Shown: positions 1-8,918 of the stretch, piece after piece | Layout: the number at the start of each line of letters is the position of its first letter | Numbering within the stretch: the first letter of the stretch is position 1 | Assembly: GCA_043741885.1 (NCBI GenBank) | Contig: JAYTZS010000172.1 | Coordinates: forward strand, 1 to 31,260 | From: Bdellovibrio sp. | GTDB lineage: Bacteria; Bdellovibrionota; Bdellovibrionia; Bdellovibrionales; Bdellovibrionaceae | Length of the DNA stretch: 31,260 nucleotides | Direction of reading: 5' to 3' | Position numbers and translations under genes: made by a program | Notes under the pieces: generated by a model | What the model was told of the DNA's origin: nothing | Seen by the model: only the letters and a program-made list of their open reading frames with translations | Database searches by the model: none

Positions 1-40
1 ACAAAAAAATAGTCTTTCATTAGAAATGAAAATGCTGTTT

Positions 41-412
41 TCAGAATTCAAATTGATTGGTTCGCAATAGGACCAATGTGCAAGCTTCTAGAACTTGAAT
101 TTTATATTTTTCAAGAGTTGTTTGCAGCTCTGGATTTTCACTTCCGGGGTTGAAAATCACTCGCTTTGGTTTCATCAGTAAAATCTCACTGCTTAACTTT
201 TTCGAGATCTGAGCCCCTACGTACATCGTCAACGTGTCGACAGGTTCAACAATCTGCGAAAGAGATGCAAAGCAATCGACTCCCTCTAAGACTTTCAAAT
301 GAGGAGAGATCGGCAATGGGCGATGGCCGTATTGTTGAAGCATCAAAAAGGCTTTGTACGAATACCTTTCTGGTTTTTCCGACGCCCCCAAAATTGCAAC
401 TGTTTGAGACAT
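41..412 (-). CDS. CoA-binding protein (YccU-like, CoA_binding_2)
   Basis: VAILGASEKPERYSY N-terminus, VDTLTMYV, RVIFNPGSEN and EACTLV are typical of the family. Start set at ATG 412 (MSQTVA) rather than the track's 448. Confidence 0.85.
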   Translation of the reverse strand: MSQTVAILGASEKPERYSYKAFLMLQQYGHRPLPISPHLKVLEGVDCFASLSQIVEPVDTLTMYVGAQISKKLSSEILLMKPKRVIFNPGSENPELQTTLEKYKIQVLEACTLVLLRTNQFEF

Positions 413-474
413 TTTAGCTTTCCTTTCCAGCAAGTTGCATCCTAGCAAAGACCAGGTTAAGAATGGAATGAGAT

Positions 475-1758
475 ATGCTAAAAAATTATTTTATAGGTAA
501 AGTCATACTGACTGTTATTTTCCTGACTTTTGTGGCCGTGATTTTATTTGCTAATTTGGATCCCCCTTCTAGTCACATCGACCATCGACTTCATGTGGAT
601 TACTCTGTGAAGGATGCCCAGTTTGCTCGAGCTTTGGAAAATCTTCTCAGCGCACCCGTGCTTTCGGGAAATAGTATCGAACCCTTGTACAACGGGGTCC
701 AGATTTTTCCTGCGATGCTGAAATCAATCTCTCAAGCCCAGAAAACAATCACTTTGGAAGCTTTTATCTATTGGTCTGATCAAATAGGCCAAAAGTTTAT
801 CGAGGCTTTGGTGGAAAGAGCCAAAGCTCAGGTGCAGGTTCATGTTCTGGTCGACTGGCTCGGCAGCCGAGAAATGAGCGATCATGATATTCAGAAAATG
901 AAAGCAGCTGGAATTGAAATTGAAGTTTATCATGCTTTGTCCTGGTCAAATCTCACTCGGATGAACAATCGGACGCATCGAAGAATTTTAGTGATTGACG
1001 GTGCCCTAGGCTACACCGGTGGGGTTGGAATCAATGATGATTGGGATGGAAACGCGGACTCCCCAAACCGTTGGAGAGATTCTCAATTTCGACTGAAGGG
1101 ACCTATTGTCAGTTCCTTGCAAGGCATTTTTATGGACAACTGGCTAAAAATTTCGCCAGAAGTTCACCATGATCAAACTTATTTTCCAGCACAAAAGTCT
1201 GAAGGTGATATTCAGGCACAAATTTTTAAAAGTTCCCCCCAAGCTGGGAGTGAGACCGTCGAACTGATGTATTTGTTGGCCATCGCCGCGGCAAGAAAAA
1301 GCATTCGCTTAGAAAGCGCTTATTTTGTGCCCGATCGGACAACGATGGATGAACTTAAAAAAGCCCGGCAGCGTGGCGTCCAGATTCAAGTGATTGTTCC
1401 TGGACCTTTTGTTGACACTGAGCTAGCGAAAAATGCCTCCGAAGCATTATGGGGCGAGTTGCTCGGCCTGGGTGTCGAAATTTTCCGCTATTACCCGTCT
1501 CGTTTTCACTGCAAAGTCATGATCGTCGATGATTTTTTCGTGAGCCTTGGCTCGACGAATTTTGACGACAGATCCTTTCACTTGAATGATGAAGCCAACG
1601 TCAATGTGCTGAACACTGCTTTTGCGCAGTCACAGCAAGAAGCCTTCGATAAAGACAAGGCCAACTCTCTACCGGTCACTCTTCAAGAGTGGGAGAAGCG
1701 TACTTGGTATCAAAAATTGAAAGAAAAGATCTCTTTTCCTCTGAAAACTCAAATCTAG
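475..1758 (+). CDS. cls: Cardiolipin synthase / phospholipase D family protein
   Basis: N-terminal TM helix, NG..IFPAML, ITLEAFIY, two PLD motifs (NRTHRRILVIDG and FHCKVMIVDD), GSTNFDDRSFHLNDE. The first motif has R in place of K. Confidence 0.85.
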   Translation: MLKNYFIGKVILTVIFLTFVAVILFANLDPPSSHIDHRLHVDYSVKDAQFARALENLLSAPVLSGNSIEPLYNGVQIFPAMLKSISQAQKTITLEAFIYWSDQIGQKFIEALVERAKAQVQVHVLVDWLGSREMSDHDIQKMKAAGIEIEVYHALSWSNLTRMNNRTHRRILVIDGALGYTGGVGINDDWDGNADSPNRWRDSQFRLKGPIVSSLQGIFMDNWLKISPEVHHDQTYFPAQKSEGDIQAQIFKSSPQAGSETVELMYLLAIAAARKSIRLESAYFVPDRTTMDELKKARQRGVQIQVIVPGPFVDTELAKNASEALWGELLGLGVEIFRYYPSRFHCKVMIVDDFFVSLGSTNFDDRSFHLNDEANVNVLNTAFAQSQQEAFDKDKANSLPVTLQEWEKRTWYQKLKEKISFPLKTQI

Positions 1759-1772
1759 GTATGAAATTCGCA
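1757..1772 (+). promoter_or_regulatory. Putative sigma54 (-24/-12) promoter
   Basis: AGGTATGAAATTCGCA = GG-N10-GCA, about 48 nt upstream of ATG 1820, which has an AGGAGG RBS. Confidence 0.45.
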
Positions 1773-1819
1773 GCTGCTTTTTAAGTTAAACTGGATTTAG
1801 CTCTAACTAGGAGGAACTT

Positions 1820-2254
1820 ATGGCAGCTGACAATGGTGGAAATGTTTCGATTCCTGGCTTTACTCAAGCGTCTGCAGGAGAAGCTTACGAGAATTCAGAT
1901 GATGAAGCTCAGATTTTAGCAGATCAAGATCAAACGACTCCAGATGACAATTTGACTCGAGATGAGAACATGGGAGCTCCGAGTAATTCTTTAGAAGCTA
2001 TGGAGGATGAACCGGGGGATTTTATGCGTGGAGAAGTCGATGTGAAAGAACAAATGGATCGAGCTGCCGATGCTATGGACTCCTCTATCCGCGGATTGCA
2101 AACTCAAGGGGACGAAGATAGCCCAAGAACAGAATTGGGTTCGGCATTTCGAAATACTCCCGGTGGTCTAGAGGAAGTTGAATTTAAAACTGACGAAGAA
2201 TTAAAGATACGCGCCCGCAAGGGACATGCGCCGAATTCAACCAAGCATCGCTAA
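1820..2254 (+). CDS. Hypothetical acidic, probably disordered protein
   Basis: 144 aa ORF with a strong RBS (AGGAGG), followed by a terminator. D/E-rich, hydrophilic, no family recognised. Confidence 0.75.
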   Translation: MAADNGGNVSIPGFTQASAGEAYENSDDEAQILADQDQTTPDDNLTRDENMGAPSNSLEAMEDEPGDFMRGEVDVKEQMDRAADAMDSSIRGLQTQGDEDSPRTELGSAFRNTPGGLEEVEFKTDEELKIRARKGHAPNSTKHR

Positions 2255-2272
2255 GTGTTGGCATTTAGAAAT

Positions 2273-2305
2273 AAAAAAGCGGCGATTTTTGTCGCCGCTT
2301 TTTTT
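2273..2305. terminator. Bidirectional intrinsic terminator
   Basis: AAAAAAGCGGCGA-TTTTTG-TCGCCGCTTTTTTT: perfect stem with A/T tracts on both sides, between convergent genes. Confidence 0.9.
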
Positions 2306-2360
2306 GCTTACGGACTTAACTTAAGAGAAAAGCCTAAGGCAAGTTGTATTCACGCTTAGC

Positions 2361-2978
2361 TTAATAGGCGCTTGCAGATTTCACATAAGAGTTGTTAGAA
2401 CCAATTCCCCATTGAACAACCAGACCAAGATAATTGCTTGTCTGATTGCTTTGACCTACTTGAGTGTCAAATTTCAAACCCGCTCGGATCAGCTGATCAT
2501 TCATCACTCGGAATTCTTTCATTCCGACCAAACCAATCATGGTTAGGAATTTATTTGAAGTTCCAAAGTCCCCACCATTTCCTATAAGAATATCAGCGAC
2601 AGGTCCTAAAGTGTAGCGGTTGCCAAGATCGTACCGACCGTCCACACTCAAAAGTCCAACGATGGGTTGAGAGTCAGTTCCTCTGAGGTACTCTTTTTGA
2701 AAACCAATTCCAGCATCAGCTATCCAGTTCGAGTCGCCGAACATATAAGTGCCAATCAATTGGGCGTTCACTCCGTCGCCATCAGCTTCCGAATTTCCGC
2801 TTTGATCCAAGTGACCAAAGCCCAATCCCACAGAAGGAATAAACCCTTCATCGGAATGAGTCGTCGCATAGTGTGCACGAGCTGTGGACCTGCTATCCAG
2901 TGAAGAATTGTTGCCGGCTGCAAATGCAGAGCTTGCAAGCATCAGAACTGCAAATGTTGAAATAAATCCTTTGATCAT
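2361..2978 (-). CDS. Outer-membrane beta-barrel protein with signal peptide
   Basis: Sec signal ending SAFA, alternating Gly/aromatic beta-strands (VGLGFGHL, LIGTYMF, IADAGIGF, VDGRYDL, LVVQWGI), RBS AAGGAG. Confidence 0.75.
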   Translation of the reverse strand: MIKGFISTFAVLMLASSAFAAGNNSSLDSRSTARAHYATTHSDEGFIPSVGLGFGHLDQSGNSEADGDGVNAQLIGTYMFGDSNWIADAGIGFQKEYLRGTDSQPIVGLLSVDGRYDLGNRYTLGPVADILIGNGGDFGTSNKFLTMIGLVGMKEFRVMNDQLIRAGLKFDTQVGQSNQTSNYLGLVVQWGIGSNNSYVKSASAY

Positions 2979-3031
2979 GGTGGTCTCCTTTGGCTAGTTA
3001 CTTCGAATCTAGCATTGTTGAATTTCAGTTT

Positions 3032-3047
3032 TGCAACCCAAGTGCCA
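3032..3047 (-). promoter_or_regulatory. Putative sigma54 (-24/-12) promoter for the beta-barrel gene
   Basis: Minus strand TGGCACTTGGGTTGCA matches the TGGCAC-N5-TTGCA consensus, about 54 nt upstream of ATG 2978. Confidence 0.7.
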
Positions 3048-3191
3048 TGAATTCGAAGCTTTGAGACAAACAGGATTCATCTAAAATTAATTCTTTGGGA
3101 GGAGTTCCCCGCCAATTGGGGAGTTTTTTCTTTTTATGCAATTCAACAACATTCGTAGAAAAAAAAACGGATTTGGGTTACAAGTTTTGGC

Positions 3192-5162
3192 ATGTTGCAC
3201 ATTCAGGGCCTCTCCAAACAATATGGCTCCAAAGTTTTATTTGAAAATGCCGATGCTCACCTCAGTCACCGCTCTCGGGTTGCTTTGATTGGCCCGAACG
3301 GGGCTGGCAAAAGTACTTTAATTAAAATTCTCATGGGTTTTGAAAGTGCGGACTTGGGACAAGTTTCTCGCGCCAAGCATCTGGCAATTGGTTATTTACC
3401 ACAAGAATTACCAAAAATGTCAGGACGAACCATTCTTGAAGAAGTGTTGCGAATGGATGGTCGACGAGAAGAACTCTTGCAAGCCAAGCAAGAACTGGAA
3501 ATTGCCTTTAGCGACAGCACCAGTGACGCCGCTCATGATCAGCAAAATCTAGAACGTTATGGTCGCCTGGTCGAGGAACTTGAAAATCTAGACGAGTATC
3601 GAATCGAATCCCGGGCGAAAGGAATTCTGGGCGGAATGGGATTCAAAAATTCGGATTTCGAAAGACGTCTCAGTGAATTTAGTGGAGGCTGGCTGATGCG
3701 AGTCGCCTTGTCGCGAATTTTACTGATGGATCCCGATCTGCTTTTATTAGATGAGCCGACCAACCACTTGGATCTTGAATCTCTGCTTTGGCTTGAAGAG
3801 TTTTTGCGCAGGAATCACGGAGCCATGCTGATCATCAGTCATGACACCGCTTTTCTCAATCGCACAGTGACGGAAGTTTTAGAAGTCGATCAACGGAGGC
3901 TTTGGAGCTACAAAGGAAATTTGGATGCATTCCAAATGCAGAAAGCCGAACGGTTGGCCGTCATGCGATCTCAGCAAGCAGGTCAACTGGCAAAAATTGC
4001 TGAAATCGAAGATTTTGTTTCTCGCTTTGGGGCAAAGGCAACCAAAGCTCGTCAGGCCCAAAGCAAACTCAAGCAGTTGGATAAAATTGAGCTGATTGAA
4101 CTGCCAGAAGATCGTGCCACCGTGAGATTCGAGTTTCCACCGGCTCCGCACAGTGGAAAAGAAATTGTCTCAGTCATTGATGCTTCGGTTCAGTTTGGAG
4201 AGAAAGTTTTGTTCCGAGATTTGAATTGGACTTTGCGCAAAGGAACTCGAACGGCAATTGTCGGGGTCAACGGAGCCGGTAAAACCACTCTGCTCAAAGT
4301 TATCTCAGGTCACTTAAAGCCTACCCGAGGTCTCGTCAAATTGGGCTTTGAAGTGAAAGTTGGTTATTACTCTCAGATGCAAGCCGAAACTTTGAATATG
4401 AAAAACACAATTTCTCAGGAACTTGAATCGGCAGCGCCCGACATGCCGATTTCAAAAGTTCGTGGGATTGCCGGAGCATTTCTTTTTTCCGGCGATGCAG
4501 TTCACAAACGCTGCGAAGTGCTATCAGGAGGCGAAAAAGCAAGGGTCGCTCTTGCTAAACTTTTGCTCGCTCCCTCAAATTTTCTGATTCTAGATGAGCC
4601 AACAAACCATTTGGATGCCGAATCCAGAGCCGTTTTGCTGTCAGCTCTGCAAAGCTATTCGGGAACTTTGGTTCTGGTGTCCCATGACCGAGAATTTGTT
4701 GCACCTTTGGTGGATACTCTTTTAGAGATTGAACCTGCGCCCGATGGATCTATCGTCATTCATTCGACTTTAACTTATGAAGAGTATCTGGAGAGAAAAT
4801 TAAAAGAAGCTTCAAATTCGATTTCACTTTCAGGAACTGACGAGAAAACCACCAAAAAAGAAAATTTTCAGGGAGCTTCGAATTCCACATCAGGCATTTC
4901 AAGCTCCAACCAAAAAAAAGGGCCTTCAAATAACCAGAAGAAAGCTTGGAGCAAAGAAAAGAATGATTTGGAAAAGCTCATTGAGACTTTGGAAAAAGAC
5001 CAAACTGAAATGCGCTTGGAGCTTGCCAACCCTGAAACCTATGAAGACAAGACTCGATTTTATGGTCTGATTGAAAAACAAAAAACAATCGATTCTAGCT
5101 TAGAAAAAAGTTATTCTCGCTGGGAAGAAATCAGTCTGGCTCTCCAAGAGACTCCAGACTGA
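3192..5162 (+). CDS. ABC-F family ribosome-associated ATPase (YheS/YdiF-like) with C-terminal coiled coil
   Basis: Two NBDs, no TM domain. GPNGAGKS / FSGGW / LLDEPTNHLD and GVNGAGKT / LSGGE / ILDEPTNHLD, with an inter-domain linker and a C-terminal coiled-coil tail. Confidence 0.95.
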   Translation: MLHIQGLSKQYGSKVLFENADAHLSHRSRVALIGPNGAGKSTLIKILMGFESADLGQVSRAKHLAIGYLPQELPKMSGRTILEEVLRMDGRREELLQAKQELEIAFSDSTSDAAHDQQNLERYGRLVEELENLDEYRIESRAKGILGGMGFKNSDFERRLSEFSGGWLMRVALSRILLMDPDLLLLDEPTNHLDLESLLWLEEFLRRNHGAMLIISHDTAFLNRTVTEVLEVDQRRLWSYKGNLDAFQMQKAERLAVMRSQQAGQLAKIAEIEDFVSRFGAKATKARQAQSKLKQLDKIELIELPEDRATVRFEFPPAPHSGKEIVSVIDASVQFGEKVLFRDLNWTLRKGTRTAIVGVNGAGKTTLLKVISGHLKPTRGLVKLGFEVKVGYYSQMQAETLNMKNTISQELESAAPDMPISKVRGIAGAFLFSGDAVHKRCEVLSGGEKARVALAKLLLAPSNFLILDEPTNHLDAESRAVLLSALQSYSGTLVLVSHDREFVAPLVDTLLEIEPAPDGSIVIHSTLTYEEYLERKLKEASNSISLSGTDEKTTKKENFQGASNSTSGISSSNQKKGPSNNQKKAWSKEKNDLEKLIETLEKDQTEMRLELANPETYEDKTRFYGLIEKQKTIDSSLEKSYSRWEEISLALQETPD

Positions 5163-5212
5163 TTCCAATTCATTGAAACAAAATCTATGGGCGAAAAAAA
5201 TCTAAGGAAAAA

Positions 5213-6256
5213 TCAAGTCAGAGAGGCAATATCGATGACGAATCGATAGCGCACATCTCCTGCGACCATTCTCTCATAAGCTTCGTTGATTTTTTGCACC
5301 GGGATCAGTTCGATGTCGGAACCCAAATTGTGTTGGCCACAAAAATTCAACATTTCTTGTGTCTCTTGAATTCCACCAATCAGAGAACCCGCCAAGCTTC
5401 GACGATTTCCAATCAAACTAAAGGCATGAACTGTGGAGGCTTTCGTCGGCACTCCGAGAAGCACCATGACTCCATCTCGCTTGAGAAGACTTAGATATTG
5501 ATTCATATCTAATTCGATTGAGACCGTATTGATAATCAAATCAAAACTGCTTTTCAATTTATCAAAAGTATTTGGCTCTGAGGTCGAAAAAAAATAATCT
5601 GCGCCTAACCTTTTTCCATCATCTTTTTTCTTCATGGAGTGACTGAGAACAGAGACTTCTGCTCCCATCGCATGAGCAATCTTCACTCCCATATGTCCAA
5701 GACCACCCAAACCAACGATTGCCACTTTCTTTCCGGGCCCTGCTTTCCAGTGGTTCAGAGGCGAGTAGGTTGTAATACCAGCGCACAAAAGTGGTGCTGC
5801 TTTATCCAAAGGGATGTTGTCTGGAATTTTTAAAATGTACTTTTCGTCTACGACGATCGCCGTTGAATATCCACCGTAGGTTGGCGTGCCGTCTCTTTCT
5901 GTGCTGTTGTAAGTCCCGATCATTCCATTCTCACAATACTGTTCAAGACCGTCTTTGCACGAGCTGCATTCGCGGCATGAGTCGACAAAACAACCGACCC
6001 CTACTTTGTCACCAATTTTGAATTTAGTGACCTTGTCTCCGACAGATTTGACCAGTCCAACAATCTCGTGGCCAGGCACCATCGGGCATTTGGATCCTCC
6101 CCATTCATCTCGGACTTGATGGACATCTGAGTGACAAACTCCGCAAAATTTAATATCTATTTGAACGTCTTGCGGTTTCGGCTCTCGGCGTGAAATTTGA
6201 AATGCTGCTAAAGGGGCGTGAGCTTTTGATGCTGCATAAGCTTTTGTTTGAATCAT
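5213..6256 (-). CDS. Zn-dependent NAD(P)H alcohol dehydrogenase (YahK/AdhA, cinnamyl-ADH family)
   Basis: GVCHSD, GHEIVG, structural Zn CRECSSC...[27 protein letters not shown]. Start at ATG 6256 with a GGAGGT RBS. Confidence 0.95.
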   Translation of the reverse strand: MIQTKAYAASKAHAPLAAFQISRREPKPQDVQIDIKFCGVCHSDVHQVRDEWGGSKCPMVPGHEIVGLVKSVGDKVTKFKIGDKVGVGCFVDSCRECSSCKDGLEQYCENGMIGTYNSTERDGTPTYGGYSTAIVVDEKYILKIPDNIPLDKAAPLLCAGITTYSPLNHWKAGPGKKVAIVGLGGLGHMGVKIAHAMGAEVSVLSHSMKKKDDGKRLGADYFFSTSEPNTFDKLKSSFDLIINTVSIELDMNQYLSLLKRDGVMVLLGVPTKASTVHAFSLIGNRRSLAGSLIGGIQETQEMLNFCGQHNLGSDIELIPVQKINEAYERMVAGDVRYRFVIDIASLT

Positions 6257-6303
6257 GAAAACCTCCAAGCGTACCTTACACTGGACTTCATGATAACACG
6301 CAT

Positions 6304-6441
6304 ATGTTAAAGGAGAAATGTGATCTCGAACAGATAGACTCAGCTGGTGAACCTATTGTCTCACACGGACCCTTTGTGATGAACAATCGGCAAGAAATTA
6401 CTCAAGCAATTCAAGACTACCAAGCTGGTAAATTCAAGTGA
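6304..6441 (+). pseudogene. Pirin C-terminal remnant (45 aa ORF)
   Basis: Manual translation [56 protein letters not shown]...EI.QAI.DYQ.GKF is the conserved pirin C-terminus. The N-terminal metal-binding cupin is absent. Confidence 0.7.
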
Positions 6442-6453
6442 GGGCTTAAAACT

Positions 6454-6487
6454 AAAAAAACTGCAGAAGGATAAACCCTCTGCAGTT
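6454..6487 (-). terminator. Intrinsic terminator downstream of the GlsB/YeaQ gene
   Basis: Minus strand AACTGCAGAGGG-TTTAT-CCTTCTGCAGTT followed by a T run; one G-U pair that works only on this strand. Confidence 0.75.
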
Positions 6488-6545
6488 CCGTATTTCGTTT
6501 TCGTTTCCTTGAAAGAAACAAATCTTAATAATAATTCAGTTCAAA

Positions 6546-6797
6546 TTAAGTCAAAGCTGTTCGGTGAGTTGCCATCCGGTAGATACCCAGAAGTACCATA
6601 GCTCCAACGATCGCTGCGATAAATCCTGCAGGTTCATTTTCGCCATACCAACCAGCGCTCTTACCGATAAAGTGAGCAACCGCAGCTCCAGCAACACCCA
6701 AAAGCATTGTGATAATAATTCCACCTGGATCTTTTCCTGGCATTAGGAATTTAGCTATCGCTCCAACGATCAAACCGATAATAAGTGCACCAATCAT
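6546..6797 (-). CDS. GlsB/YeaQ/YmgE family (transglycosylase-associated) membrane protein
   Basis: IIGLIVGAIAKFLMPGKDPGGIIITMLLGVAGA...GFIAAIVGAMVLL. Start at ATG 6797 with a GGAGGA RBS. Confidence 0.9.
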   Translation of the reverse strand: MIGALIIGLIVGAIAKFLMPGKDPGGIIITMLLGVAGAAVAHFIGKSAGWYGENEPAGFIAAIVGAMVLLGIYRMATHRTALT

Positions 6798-6852
6798 AAA
6801 ATCCTCCATGCTCGTTTCGAGCGGTTGAGTGTCTGCTTTGACGGTGTATTTA

Positions 6853-6868
6853 TGCTAATATCGGGCCA
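6853..6868 (-). promoter_or_regulatory. Putative sigma54 (-24/-12) promoter
   Basis: Minus strand TGGCCCGATATTAGCA = GG-N10-GCA, about 56 nt upstream of ATG 6797. Confidence 0.55.
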
Positions 6869-6869
6869 A

Positions 6870-8825
6870 TTATTCTTTTTCAGGAACGAATAGCAACCAA
6901 GGTCGAGTAATGACTAAGATAAAGCCCCATTTTAATAGGCTGCCTAAGATAGATAGACGCACCTTTGAGGACAGGGATGCCAACAGAAGCGCCAAGCTAA
7001 AGGCGACGGATATATTCAAAAGACCAATTACTAAGATGCCAGACGCCGCGTTGAAAATGTCCCAAGCTTCCACACCATGACTCCACAGAAGGGGCAAAGA
7101 TGTGGCAAAAGACCCGGTTGATAACGTCACGTGTCGAGCCTCTAAAGGAAGGCCTAGAAACTTCATCACAGGCGATGCAAATCCTAGCAGCAAACCAAGC
7201 GAAATATTAGCCGCCAGCGCATTTCCTTTGGTCCGGAAGGTTTCAGAAACGGCTGTCGTGCGTTTGCGCCCAAACCATTTGAGAAATTTTTGGTTGTGTA
7301 AAATGCGTTCTGGCACACGATGCAAAAGCACCCAATTTTCGAACCAGCCAGCGATGAGGCTGGAAAAAAATAAAAGAAACCCAGTGAAAACTGCAAACAA
7401 CGGAGAGGGCCCTAAAATATCTGTCGAGTGCAAAACTGAAAAAGCATGTTCTTGGTCCATAGCTGGATGATCACTGATCAAAGCAATCCACGAAACTAGC
7501 AAACAAATTGGAAACACTGAACTGAGATTTCCCATCACGGCCACAAACTGAGTGCGCAAAAGGGCCACAACGGCTTTTCGAGATTCTCCCACGGAACGCT
7601 TGAGAGATTGAGCCAAAAAAGGTGCTGTCGCCGAAGGCTGCTTGGTTGCCAAAGTAAAGCCTGCAAACTGAAGTGCAACAAAACTGCTTGAGTAATTCAA
7701 GCTGTCAAAAAGCCCTCGGATCAACCCTTCCAACTTCAGATGCGCTATAAAAAATTTGATGAACACAGTGATCGAAGTGAGAGTTCCGCCTCCCAGTGCA
7801 GAATGAAACATCTGTCGAAACTGCTGCCAATTGAAAGTCACATAGTGTTCGCCAACATCAGAATTCCGCTGAACAATTCTTTGGGTTAGCAGGCTTAGGT
7901 TTTCAATGAAAAAGGATTTTAAGCTTCTCTGATGATGGATATCTAAAATCAGTTGAGATACGAAAAGCCGGATCTGCAGAGCCTTTTCCTGACTGGGATC
8001 GAGCAAATGCAAAAGGCTTGTCATGCGGTCAATTCGGCGTCTCTGAGTTTCTAATAGATAGACGAAATCAACTTTGACTCCACGAGATTCGATCTTTTCA
8101 TATACTTTCAGACGGTCAGCTTCACACTGATTCAGCACCTTATAAACTTGCGGAGAAATAGCAGGCTTCTCTGGGGAAGCTTCCTCGACAGGATTTTGCA
8201 GTTGGAAGATTTGTTGCTGCAAAACGGACTCAGGCCAATCTGTTGGATGGTTCATTCGGTCCAAAATCGAATTGTGAATTGACATCGCCCCAGCTAACAA
8301 TTGCGAACTGAGCACATAAAGAGATGACAAGAGGTCACGGCGGAGACTGGCCGCCAATTTCTGATCAGAGGTGAAGAGCTTTAAAAAATCACTCAGGACA
8401 GCTTCTTCAATTCCATCGACAAGAACGCTTTCCTCTTCGGTTGGAAACATTTCGAACAATAAAGTCGCCAAATTTTCAGTTAACGGGCTTTGTGGCAAAA
8501 AACTCTCTTGAAGTCGCTCTGAGAAATCTTGCAAAAAACTGGCGTGAGTGGACATTCCCACTCCCGTGAACAAGTGAATCGATGACATCTTCATCAAAAG
8601 CGACGACACAGTTTGGCGAAAATTATCAGCCCATTTCGGATTGCGATTGAAGATGTGCAAAAGATATTTGATACGAGCGGCATAGATCCGATCCCGAGGA
8701 ATGGGGTGACTTTCCACATTTTTAGGCAGTCGAAGCCACTCTGAGACTTGGAGCAGCCATTGAACTTGCTCAGAGTAATCTTCTTCTGCCGTACTTCGGT
8801 TGAGCAAGGTGTCTAGATGAATCAT
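6870..8825 (-). CDS. Gcr-like membrane protein (family annotated 'site-specific recombinase', SpecificRecomb)
   Basis: GEHYVT, ALGGG, SLNY...FTLATKQPSATA, RTQFVAVMGN, GLPLEARHVTLSTG are characteristic. The C-terminal half is multi-TM. Confidence 0.8.
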   Translation of the reverse strand: MIHLDTLLNRSTAEEDYSEQVQWLLQVSEWLRLPKNVESHPIPRDRIYAARIKYLLHIFNRNPKWADNFRQTVSSLLMKMSSIHLFTGVGMSTHASFLQDFSERLQESFLPQSPLTENLATLLFEMFPTEEESVLVDGIEEAVLSDFLKLFTSDQKLAASLRRDLLSSLYVLSSQLLAGAMSIHNSILDRMNHPTDWPESVLQQQIFQLQNPVEEASPEKPAISPQVYKVLNQCEADRLKVYEKIESRGVKVDFVYLLETQRRRIDRMTSLLHLLDPSQEKALQIRLFVSQLILDIHHQRSLKSFFIENLSLLTQRIVQRNSDVGEHYVTFNWQQFRQMFHSALGGGTLTSITVFIKFFIAHLKLEGLIRGLFDSLNYSSSFVALQFAGFTLATKQPSATAPFLAQSLKRSVGESRKAVVALLRTQFVAVMGNLSSVFPICLLVSWIALISDHPAMDQEHAFSVLHSTDILGPSPLFAVFTGFLLFFSSLIAGWFENWVLLHRVPERILHNQKFLKWFGRKRTTAVSETFRTKGNALAANISLGLLLGFASPVMKFLGLPLEARHVTLSTGSFATSLPLLWSHGVEAWDIFNAASGILVIGLLNISVAFSLALLLASLSSKVRLSILGSLLKWGFILVITRPWLLFVPEKE

Positions 8826-8918
8826 CAGCCGACGTAAACATTAACCATGAAAAGCGTCAACTGATTGATTGCAGCATCACCGGTACCTTTTTTTGAAAAC
8901 AAATGTCAGGATAGGCAC

